This document shows positions 11,624 to 22,478 of a stretch of DNA of 64,000 bases, piece by piece. Each line of letters opens with the position of its first letter. Within the stretch, counting starts at the first letter, position 1. A program made the position numbers and the translations under genes. The notes below the pieces were generated by a model. That model saw only the letters and a program-made list of their open reading frames with translations, did not search any database and was not told the origin of the DNA. Source of the DNA: Oikopleura dioica (lineage: Eukaryota; Animalia; Chordata); contig OU015566.1 in NCBI GenBank assembly GCA_907165135.1, positions 9,114,001-9,178,000 of the forward strand, given 5' to 3'.

Positions 11624-13668
11624 TTATTTAATGAACAAAAATTGCTTACGACTGTTCCTGCTAGAATCCGGCCTAAGCGTTCCATTATGTAGTCTAGTTA
11701 GTGAATTTGTGGGCTGTTGAACTGGTGCTAAATTCAGTGTCGACGAGGTTCTCGATCCCATGCTGGTCGAGTGTGGTCTTCTTAGTTGTTCGTCATGCAC
11801 CTGTGTTTTAGTTTCTGTAATCACCCTTGTTTGATTCTACAAAATAAATAAGTCAACTTTCTAAGAGACAAATTTCACAATGTTGATTTGCTGCTGCAGC
11901 TTCAAGAGTTCAATCTCTTTTTCTAAACGAAAGGTTTCCTTCAATTGTTCTGCTTGTAATCTGGATTGTATCTCAAGCCTCATTACTTGCGTTGACAAGT
12001 TTGAATTGTTTTTAACCACATTAGATACTTCTTTTCTAGCATTTTCAATCGAGTGGTCTCCGTTTGCCCAAGTCGCCGTTTGCCCAAGTCGCCGTCTGCC
12101 CAAGTCGCCGTTTGCCCAACTTGGGCAGACGGAGATCTTAGGCAAACGGCGATGTAAATTTTTTTTTAATTGATTGATCATAAAATGATAGAAGTAAGGC
12201 GACAATTTCATTATCATCACTTAGTCTTCTGGTTGCGCTCTGATTTGCAGAAACTTTCTGGTGAAAACAAAGGTTGTCCTGTGATGTATTTTGAACGGTT
12301 ATTAACCGTGGATCCTTGACAAGACCACCACAATTTTCTCATATTGTTTTTCAATAGTTGTATCCGATTTTCGAATAAATTCTTGAGCATAAACACATAA
12401 ATAAGAGACGAAATGAAAAAACAGTATCGTGGACTCTACGGAAGCTTTCCGAATTATGACATAGTTTACATTGATAACGAAGAGCCTTCGTCATGGATGG
12501 TTTAATTATGAAAGTCGCTAAATTCTCAATAAAAGTCCTAATAAACTATTCCCGGAAGAGTTAATCATTCATTATACTTGAAGTATATTCGGTCGGTCAT
12601 TAGGTCGGTCATTAGGTACCGGTGAAAGCAAGCCTTTACCCGGTATACTCGGTCCATAAATAGAGTTTCCTCACACTGCAGCCGCGGAGCGGACATTAGT
12701 TTTTTGATGAGCCAGAAAATATGCTTGACTTTGGGACCGGGTACCAATTTGTTTCCGGCACCGTCCGTCTCCCGGAGGTTTTGGAAGAGTTTCATCAGTT
12801 TTTCCCTTTTTCTCACTTCTCACAATGACTGTTTTCCCTCAGTTTCAATCAGAAACAATTCCAAAAATAGAACGGACCGAAAATGAATCACAAGAAACAG
12901 CAATATGGGAAACCATCAATTCAACCAAGTTGGGGATTAGCGCTTGTGAGGACTCGGCGCATCCATCGTTTCCTCAATGTGTAGGCCTCGGACGTAAAAC
13001 TAGCGATTTAACTTTACCACTTAAAATCTATCCTATCCTGCTAATTTTGATTTCATAATTAATTTCTTTAAATTGAATTATGATTATATTTTCAATTTGA
13101 TCGCCGTCTGCCCAAGATCGCCGTTTGCCCAAGTCTCCGTCTGCCCAAGTTGGGCAAACGGCGATCTTGGGCAGACGGCGACTTGGGCAAACGGCGACTT
13201 GGGCAAACGGAGACCACTCTTTTCAATCATCTCTCTTAGAGTGTATTGATCCTTTTTCAGTTTCTCCTGTTCCCGTTTGAGTTCGTCTTGATCCAATTTT
13301 AGTTTTTCTTGATCTTGTTGCAATTTTTTTCTTTCCGATCGCATTCTTTCGTGCGCGAGTTTTAGTCTTGATTTGATTTTTTTCTGTTCTATTTTAATTG
13401 TTTCTGCTTCGGTATTTTGACGGAAGTCTTCTACATCTTGTTTGTATTCAGTATATTGAGATTCCACGAGTTTTACTCGTTTATTAATCTCATTAATTTC
13501 ATCTTAATAACTTTACGAATCAAAATAAGAAAAAAAATATTTACCAGCATTTAATTTGATTAGTTCTCCTTGGGACTGTTCATTTTCAATCCGTATCCTT
13601 GCATTTTCGTTTATTTGATTTTGAAAAAAGTCAAGCCGATTTTTCAGAGAACCTGAAATTTCTCCTTG
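11624..13668 (-). CDS. Spliced coiled-coil protein gene with exon 2 interrupted by a MULE MITE
   Basis: Removing 12051-13219 plus one TSD joins ...TLREM-IEN-ARKEVSN... in frame; GT-AG introns join the flanking exons (13513-13710 and 11624-11824 ORFs). Confidence 0.7.
12051..13219. mobile_element. Non-autonomous MULE (1169 bp) with repeat-built palindromic TIRs
   Basis: Termini GAGTGGTCTC/GAGACCACTC; ~100-120 bp TIRs of GCCGT(T/C)TGCCCAAG units; 9-bp TSD TTTTCAATC at 12042-12050 and 13220-13228. Confidence 0.92.
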
Positions 13669-13674
13669 ATTTAA

Positions 13675-14062
13675 GGGAGGGTCGACGAGAATCGGGATTT
13701 CTCTAACCAAAAATGCGAGAATACCTGATTAGATAAGCAAAATCTGAAATTAATGGTGACTAGAAAAGGATTGAAAAAATCCAGCGGCGACAAGAATAAA
13801 TAATTTTGACCAGAAAAAGTTAGTCGAAAATCGCGTCAAAGTAGGGCCATTTTCGCGAAAACACACAAAAACTTGTCATTTTTTTCAAACTTTGTTAATT
13901 TCACCTCCTAAAACTCAATTATATCGTTTTATTTTAGGTTCAACAAGTTTGTGAGAATCTAGCGATTCTAAAAATATAAGTTTCATAGCCAGACTATGAG
14001 TATAACTTATACAGTATAAGCGAAATTACGATCACCCCTGAAAAAATTCTCGTCAACCCCCC
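13675..14062. mobile_element. TTAA-flanked non-autonomous element (Kolobok-like termini)
   Basis: TTAA|GGGAGGGTCGACGAGAAT ... ATTCTCGTCAACCCCCCC|TTAA. Confidence 0.75.
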
Positions 14063-14924
14063 CTTAATCTAAAAAATTCTACCGATACCATATAAGTTTT
14101 GAGCATTTCCCGTAGATCCTTCTCTGGAATAAGTAACATCGCTTTCACTGAATGTCTGAAACGTACTAAATGGAGAATTATCCGTCATTGTATATGAGTA
14201 TCACACACAAAAACAAATTGATCTTTCCCTGAAGAAAACGTGTGGATGCCATTTTGTGTACATAACGTTCTGTTAAAATTTTACATGTCCGGTGCTATTT
14301 ATATAATCAGTCAATAAACATGGTCTATTTGAAATGGAGGAATTTCATAAAAATGAGAAAATTATTAGAATTCTAATGGAAGAACAAATAGCAAAAATAT
14401 GACTATTAAATATAAATTATATCAAATAATCTATGAATTAGAGAATATATCTTTATTTTAAAAATGCAGAGTTGCAAGTTTTTAGAACGCATTTTGCGTC
14501 GAAAATGAGGCCCTAATTAGTTCTAATGGCAGCCTCTGATGGGCAAGTGGGCTCAATCTGCTAATTTATTTAATAAATAATTGAGTTTCATTCTGAATGC
14601 ATAATTCACAACCAAAATCAAAGCTGCTATAGATCGCCTCATGTCCCCGTTTTTTCCTTTCATAAATAAAGCGGAAAATTATTCATCCAGTCACAGAAAG
14701 ACAAACTTTCCCTTTTTCTAGAGACTGTCACAGTAAGAGTGGACTCAGAATTATAAATATAAAAGGAAATCAATCAGCCTGCCAATTTGCAGTTACCATC
14801 CTTTTTCTCGATTCAGAGAAGCAGCAGAGAATCAAAACGCCCGCAAGCCTAATCCAAATGTCAATTTTTATGGACTGAAATTAATTAAACTAATCAGAAA
14901 GTTTGATTGACTCCCGATTCAAAT

Positions 14925-15354
14925 ATGGATCTACAGGAACAAGCTCAAACAGAGAAAGATTTATTTAAAAGAAACATTTTGAACTTTCAACCTTTCAATT
15001 TTAAAACTTATGCAGAGTAAAACCTTCCCAGAAATTTGTATCTACGCGCTCAGTGGATTTGGTAAGATCTCGGGATCTCAAATGGCCATTATTGAAGACT
15101 CTTCATTTAGTTGGAATATGCTCTGTCACTGGAATAATAATCGTCTCATTTATTGTATTCCAGAGTTTGTTTGGCTGCGAAGTCTGCTATTTACCTGATA
15201 GACTAAGTATTCAATTATTATTTTTACAATATTGATATCTTTGAAAGCTAATGGGCCGATAGATACGAAAGACGAAACCGCCCTAGAAGAAGAAGTCAAC
15301 CTAGAAAATGAGCTCTTCCCATCTTCTACCGAAAGGTCATTCCATTTTTTTTAA
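14925..15354 (+). CDS. Possible small spliced single-pass membrane protein
   Basis: ATG at 14925, hydrophobic segment LHLVGICSVTGIIIVSFIVF, putative short introns; no family recognised. Confidence 0.3.
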
Positions 15355-15618
15355 TATCTTCAAAGTTCTTTCAGAAGTCCCGTGATCAAAACCCGTTCCG
15401 AAAGTCGATATTAACGCTCTTTTTATCAGATATCTTTGTATAAATAAATGATTCCTGCCATTCAGCGTCCTGTCAATAATAATCAGTCAGCATAAATCTG
15501 TACTTGTTTGCTTTATTTAAGTCTAAATTTTAGGTAGCAAAGCATATTTTTGCATTTCATTCCTAATTAACTGAAACTGAAGATTGAATTATTTTCCGAA
15601 TAAGGGAGGAGTATTCTT

Positions 15619-16471
15619 TCAGGAGATTTTCTTCTTGATGAAGAAACTTCTCATGTGCGTGACTTGCCAGACTCCAACCACAACCACGAGGAGAACCTAA
15701 AGCTGAATTTCAAAGAAGAAGCAATGATGTGATTCCAACCTGAACACACGCCCACCAAAGAACCCTAGAGTTCAAGATTTCAGAAATTTTTCTGAAGCCA
15801 TCTTCGCGAGTTCGAGCGTAGTCCTGCTCCTTCATGATCCGTGTGATTTGATCAGAAAGCCGCATCGTTTCCATTTTCAATCTGAAAGGGCGAGATATAA
15901 ATTTGGAGATTTACTTTATTGCCCTGTTACCTCGATACTTCTTCGTTTTTGGCGACTTCTTTGTAGTATTGACGCGTTTCGCCAATGTGGAAGGAGATGT
16001 TGATCCGAAGACGCTGCTGGGTTGGCTTTTCCTTGGTGTCTGGTTGCGTCCATGCACCTTTATCGGAGCTAGAATAGTGTACCAACTTGGATTTCAAGTG
16101 ATAATTCTACCTTAGACACATCATGTAGCTTCCAGCTTGCTGAGTGGTAAAAGCAAATCGACCCTTGGATCCATAGGTACGTTCGAGAATCGTTTTGCCA
16201 TCGGGGTTCGTTACTTTGACCATCATCGATTGACCAACTTTCGTATCTGTAATTATTCCGATGGTAGGAGTGACGAGCATTGCGTGATACTGCGCCGTCA
16301 TAAGGGTGTCACCGGGCATTTCTTCAAGAAAGCATCTAGGCTTTTCGCCTTTGAAAAAATAACAGATTAAGAACTTCGCCTTGAGTGTAAGAAAATACCT
16401 GGAAGCATTTCGAAGAACAACGGCTCCAAATTAGCCTGAACGAGACCAAATATTAACAGAAAATTCCTCAT
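15619..16471 (-). CDS. p24/TMED cargo receptor, alpha subfamily (TMED4/9/11-like)
   Basis: Signal peptide; GOLD domain ([11 protein letters not shown]...[10 protein letters not shown]); [14 protein letters not shown]; RVLWWACVQ; tail [16 protein letters not shown]; short GT-AG introns. Confidence 0.9.
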
Positions 16472-17411
16472 AATTTCTCTGTTGGATTTTTCTGGTGGCG
16501 CAAAGCGGTTGGTTGTTGCGATCAGTACTGAGAAGGTCGGCTGCGCTGCCCACGGGCGGGGCGCAGTAGAATTGCTCGATAGTGTGAAATAATAGAATAA
16601 AATGATTCTCAACAACAGAAGTAAGGTATAAATTAAGCATGAAAAAAATGTTTTTATTCAAAGGAAATTGTTCAATCAAACATATTATCATTTGAAATGC
16701 AGTTTTTGGACAACCAAAATGCACAACAAAAATGAATTCACAAAGAGTCATTTTGATAAATAAAAGATAAATATCTTTATGACAAAATTTTTCTATAATT
16801 TTCTCTACAATATTAAGTTAATATATAGGTGTAAGAATCTAAGTTTTTTCGAATTTTTGGATTATCTTCAAAATTGAAGAAAATCACAATGCAACAACTA
16901 GCTCTGGGAGCACTTAGTGCTCCCGCTCTCGTTATCGGGTTAAATATATATAATATTATGAACCCACCATTTAATTTGCCCTCTTTTGATCTTGAATGGA
17001 AACTCAATCTGAGAACGATAAATGTTAGAACATTTGTCTGGCAGCTGTATGTAAAAAGGATGTGGCTTTGCATTTTGTTGTCGTTTTTGTTTAAACAAAT
17101 TGATAAAACAATAACGATAGATAAGACCACCTGAGACTTGTATGTTTTCATGGAACTTTGGAACGTTTCATCCACAGAATAAACAATTGTTCGTTGATTT
17201 GATACGTGTGTTGTTAATCAAAATCAAGCATTTACCTGCTGAGTCGCGTCACATGGCCTCTAACAGTATATAATAAGCAAGAGAGACCCCCTGTCGAGTC
17301 GGTCCACAACAGCAGCGGCTGTTTCCCATCTGCCGATTAAATTTTCCGCCCCGATGATTTTAAAAGCACCCAGTCAAACTCATCCAGGCCCCAAACAACA
17401 TCGCGAAAATC

Positions 17412-18395
17412 ATGTTTTTCGGGAGAAATAAAGCTTTTATCCTCTTACAACTCATTTCGTTATTTACGGAGCAAACAGTCCAAGCAAGATCATGTGATGA
17501 AGAAGAGAATAAAGCGAAGATATTGGACATTGTCACAAGAGGAATAAGAAGAGAAGAAACTAGAGAGACATTTTTGAAGGCGTTTTTTGATGACAGAGGA
17601 AGCAGAAGTTTTTTCGACAAAGTTTTTGGAGAATGCGACGATGCACAGAGTGTTTGGACGACGATGGACAAGAAATCAAAGGAATGGGTTGACTTTTAAA
17701 GCATTTTATATCACTTAAATCACGAAATTATCTAAAAAGGCGTAATAAAACCGTTGAAAATCACTTTCTCCCCGTCGTAAAAAATCATCAACCCTCTAAT
17801 AGCTCACCGTTCAGTCCGTTTTCAACTCACCGGGACTGTTCTCCGACGATTTTTATCAGAAGTTGACGTGAACAAAATGCTTTTGCTTGGAATCTGGTCG
17901 ATTGTGGAAGGATTTGATTCCTTCGGCGAGAAAATACAGAATGATTTCGCCGGGATTAATGATCTCCGCGCGCAAAAGTCATTGAATTCTCTATTGCTGG
18001 ATGAAAATTTGAGGACGATTTTTATTGCGTATTATGAAGATACTTATCAGTTGATGAGGAGGATAAAATCGCTTCCAAGGTTAGTTCTAAAGAGTTGTTT
18101 CAAGTTATCAAAATACATTTTATTACGTAATTTTCGTTAAATATTTAAAATAATAATTTAAACTTATTTCTTTAGAGACAGCCGACAGACCCTCCGCAAC
18201 TTCTACGAGCTCCCAGAAGTCCAAAAAGTCTTGGAAGAAAACCACATTTCCACCCTTCTTGAAAAAGCGCTCAAAATCCCGACACCCCCAAAAGTCCCCA
18301 AAACCGCTTCGCTTATCAGCTCTGCTATCCCGCTTTGCTCGATAAACTGCTTTCTTGTTGGTTTATTCTCAATCCTCTGCTTTCTGCTGCCCTAG
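17412..18395 (+). CDS. Orphan secreted or GPI-anchored-like protein (spliced)
   Basis: N-terminal signal-like peptide; exons at ~17412-17690, ~17800-18079 and 18176-18395 (GT-AG joint after ...KSLPR); hydrophobic C-terminus CFLVGLFSILCFLLP*. Confidence 0.5.
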
Positions 18396-20045
18396 AATCC
18401 TTGAAATATACTTTTGTATCTTTCTAATGGCCTTTATCAAAACACCATAAATGCGACGAAGACCTGGCGAAACCCCATTTATCTGATGTAGCTTTCAGTA
18501 GCACATGATTATCAAGAAAGTGTGGAATCTCCCTGAAAATTGTGATGACACAACTTTAAACTAGAGTCTCTGATGCAAAATATTTATTGAACTTTTCAAA
18601 CTAGCTTTCAAAATCGCAGAAATACTAGAATTTGTTCTTGAATCTAAGTGAGGTCAACTCTTGCCCTCTTAGAAATTATGGAAGACGAAAATACACGTAC
18701 GGTATTGACCTCCTTCCTTGGATCTTTCTTTAGCTTCTCCATGGCCTCCTTGATTTCCTCGTCCGAAAATTTCTCCGCTAGTTGTTGCATGCCAAGGCTT
18801 TCAGTCGTGTTTTCAGTGATTCAATATTTTTGGTGCATTTAAATTCTGAGAGCACGAGCCTAGTGTCAGCCTGCAAAAACGGGTCAAGAGAAGCATCGAA
18901 ATTCTTGAATTCCATCTTATGACAGCTTAGCGTTTTCATCATTTCAACCCGTTGATCGCGCTCGAGATCCTTGTTTTCGTAGATTTGCTTGCAAGTTTGT
19001 TTCTTGTACGATGTCTCCATGCCTTTTAAAGCTATCAAAAATCTTTCCTTTCATTTTAGGCAAGTACCTTCTCGGTGATCTGGCCGGGTCATGTCGAGAA
19101 CAACTGGTGGGGGTCGCGTTTCTGGACCAACGAATGGCAAGTTTTGCTGAGTAAAGCATTTCAAATGGTCTTATTCAATAGGTACCTTGATAGGAGCAGT
19201 TTTGGGTGACTCAATAAATTCAGAAACCATGCAGGATGTTACTTTCTCCTTTTTCAAAAATATGGAGCCGGTCGTATTTTTCTTCAACTCGCAAACTTGA
19301 GAGCTTTTAACGTTTTCAAAATATGTTTCTGTTTTTCGAGCGACTGATAAAATATAATTTTTGAAACATTTTCCTAACAAAATACAAAAGCCATCCAAAA
19401 AGTCTCATTTTCGTCAATCTCTTTTTTCGCGAATGACGATTTAATAAGGACTCTCGCGCGATGGAAAATGCAGATCTTGATAAAACCAAAGTTTCGGTTG
19501 ATGATGCTCATGAAGATAAATTTTGACGATCTTTTCTGTTTCGGAAGATAAGTTTGAAACTTTTCGGTTTTTGTTAAAATTGCTTGTTTGTAAATGCAAG
19601 CCACAATCCCATTTACAAGGAGGTGGTTTTTTCTTCTTCTGAACGGATTATGGAAAGCAAGCTCGTTCCAAAAAAAACGCTTGCTTTTTCAATAATGGAT
19701 TTATTTGTTTTGAGCAAGCTCAATTCCAAAATCCAGGTTCATGCACGATTTTCTGTTATGCTGGCTAACTAAATAAAGCAGACAACAATTGCGGTCGGCG
19801 AGATCAAGGACTGCGTGTTAACTCTTTTCTGATGCCGGTGATAAGCAATTAAATAAATAATTTTGTTAGTCCACGTTTGACAGGAAATTGAAACGAAGCA
19901 GTTTTATTTTTGTCTGGTCTGCAAAATGTTCGTAAATCAAAATTTTGTTTATTTGTTTTAAACTGCAACAACGCGGTTTTCAACATGTCGCTTCCATGTT
20001 CCAGGTTCACCGGGTTTTCAAATTTCGGATAGAAAGCTTTATTAA

Positions 20046-20431
20046 GGGGGTAGAAACAGCTTTCTCGATTTTGGACTGCAGCTACATAAAAGAAAACATA
20101 AGATTTATTTATGTTCACGGAATTTCCTCATAAATGTTCCTAGAAAAAGGGTTGAGCTTAACAAAAATGTGCATGATATTTGTTTAACAATCAGGGGACT
20201 CGAGATATACGTGTTTAAAAATTTGCGAAAATCGTGAATTTCGGAGAGATGAGCTGCTTCTGAGCCCGCTTACTCAAAAATTTGATGACTAAAACAAATT
20301 TCGAGGGAGATGCTCCTAGATCTAAGATGTATCTATCTAAACCAGAAGAGAAAATTTGAAAATGTAAGATTCTCTTGACTGTAGCGCCGGTCAAAAATCG
20401 CCTTTTTCGGAAAAAAGCTGTTTCTACCCCC
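20046..20431. mobile_element. TTAA-flanked element A (386 bp)
   Basis: TIR GGGGGTAGAAACAGCTTT; TTAA at 20042-20045 and 20432-20435. Confidence 0.85.
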
Positions 20432-20435
20432 TTAA

Positions 20436-21273
20436 GGGTGTCCCCAACGATTTTTTCGAAACAGGATCAACTTTGAGTTAATATTTCTACTAATCGGATA
20501 GTTTTTACGTAAAAAATCAATTTGTATATTATTATTTGGACCCTTCTTTCTGCATTAATCTTGACCGATTTTGTATATTTTGATCCGTTAATCCCCTACC
20601 GCCGCTTCAAAGAAGGTCGACTTCTGTAATCTCGGTTAACTTTGAGATCGTTTTTCTCGAAATCTACTCGTTCAAATTTCAAATTTCGAAAAGAATTATG
20701 TTGCTTGAACACTTTTCTCTGCATTAATCGAGACAGATTTTTTATAATTATATCAAATGCATATATAAATATACAATATATAAAATGATGATTTTAACAA
20801 AATTTGAACCAAATTTTAAGGCTCTTCTCGCTTGATTTTTTTTCCAAATTTCAGTCTGAAGATAGTTCGATCCTTCAACAAGGCTCCGATGAGCTCAGAT
20901 TGTGCACCGATAAGTAGGTTAATCCCCTTTTCCGGCGCCAAAGAGCAGGTGTTTTCGAGTTTTGGCGCGCTTTTACAATAAGTAAAATTCATTGGATCTT
21001 TTTGAAAATGGTATCAGCAGAAAGGAAATTTTTCAAGCTTTAAGGAGATATATAATTTGCTACACTTAATTGAGAATTTCAAAATAGCCATTTTCACAGT
21101 GCATTTCTATCGAAGGCTAATGCATTAGCGCGCTCATAGAAAAAGCCATATCTCGAGAAGTAGATAAGATATTGAAGATCTGAAAAAAGGTTCTGAATCA
21201 GAATTTCCTAAATAAGAAGAAAAATTTGAGTCACCGAATTAGACAGTCTCGGCCTCGATCGTTGGGGACACCC
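20436..21273. mobile_element. TTAA-flanked element B (838 bp), sharing its left TTAA with element A
   Basis: TIR GGGTGTCCCCAACGAT; TTAA at 20432-20435 and 21274-21277; internal homology to 57400-58225. Confidence 0.88.
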
Positions 21274-21763
21274 TTAATAGCTACGCGCGTCTTCCATTAG
21301 CCAAAGTATGAGGCAGCGCCTGGATTGCCCATTTTCCCGGATCGCCCACATCCCGGATCGCCCATTTTCCTTGATCGCCCATTGTGGGCAAAACGGGAAA
21401 ATGTGCGGAACGGGATTTGTGTGCAAACCAGGATTTGCAATTGTAAATTTGAAATTTGATAATGAAAGAAGGTGGTTTAGAAATTCTAACACGGGATTCC
21501 ATTCTCATACGAGATTTCTGTGCAAATCAGGATTTCAAAGCAAAATCCTGATCAAAAGGGTGTTCCGACGGTCGAGCTTATCTGCCAGACTCTGGCAGCC
21601 AGAGTGTCATTTTTTCAGAGGGTCAAGATTTTTTTCATCAAAAACGTCAGGAAAAAGGTTCTTAATACCAAATCGAATGCGAAGATTCCGAAAATTATAG
21701 TTGTAACTTCAAGAAATGAGAGTTCCCAGTGGGAACTTTCCACATAAAAGCCTGCATGAAAGA

Positions 21764-22478
21764 GATGATTTCAAAAAACTTTTTGCGGGGCCGGAAATCG
21801 TAAAAAACTGCAAGTGCAGTTTTCTTCAGCTCATCAAGACGAGTCGAATGATGGGTCTGACTCCTGATAAATCTAAGGATCTACCAGTTACCGGCTGGTT
21901 ACCGGAAAATACGTTGTCAGCCGCCGTATTCGTTCTAGAAGTGATAAACAGATGATGGACCCCGGAAATTGTTCCTTATAGTCAGTTCTACTACAGGGCT
22001 GGGGTGCAAAACGGGGCACGGAAGCCCGGTTCTGATTGGTTAATAAGCAAAATGCGGACCTGTGATTGGCTTATTTTAAAAAATGCGTGCCCCGTTTTGC
22101 ACCCCAGCTACAGGGTAAAAGATGAGAGTCGTTCATAACTCCGAAGAGAGTTATCACTAAATTACTATTTTTGGCGTAAATGGGACTAAAAATCAGGAAC
22201 GTGCAGCGACAACGTAATTTATGCAAAATTTGCTGTTTTTAGTTTTAACTCTCTTCGGAGTAATGATACGACTCTCATCTTTTACCCTGTAGTAGAACTG
22301 ACTATAAGAAACAATTTCCGGGGTCAACCATCTTTTCGGTAACCAGCCGGTAAACCGGTCAATCGTTAGAATTATCAGGAGTTAGAGCCATCATTGGACT
22401 CGTCTTGACGAGTTGACGAAAACTGCAATTGCAGTTTTTTACGATTTCCGGCCCCACAAAAAGTTTTTTGAGGTCATC
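21764..22478. mobile_element. GATG-terminal foldback MITE, copy 1
   Basis: Long inverted arms; 4-bp TSD AAGA (21760-21763, 22479-22482); same family as 36648-37288. Confidence 0.9.
21999..22107. mobile_element. 109-bp MITE nested in foldback copy 1
   Basis: TIR CTGGGGTGCAAAACGGGGCACG; duplication CTACAGGG (8 bp; 6 bp if the terminal G/C are counted as element); the opposite arm shows the empty site. Confidence 0.88.

Noticed and set aside
16301-16310. TAAGGGTGTC as another TTAA-element end
   Set aside because: It lies in TMED coding sequence, lacks the full TTAA and has no partner repeat.
18640-19950. Identifiable gene or transposase remnant
   Set aside because: Overlapping short ORFs look like a decayed coding sequence, but no motif or element boundary could be recognised.
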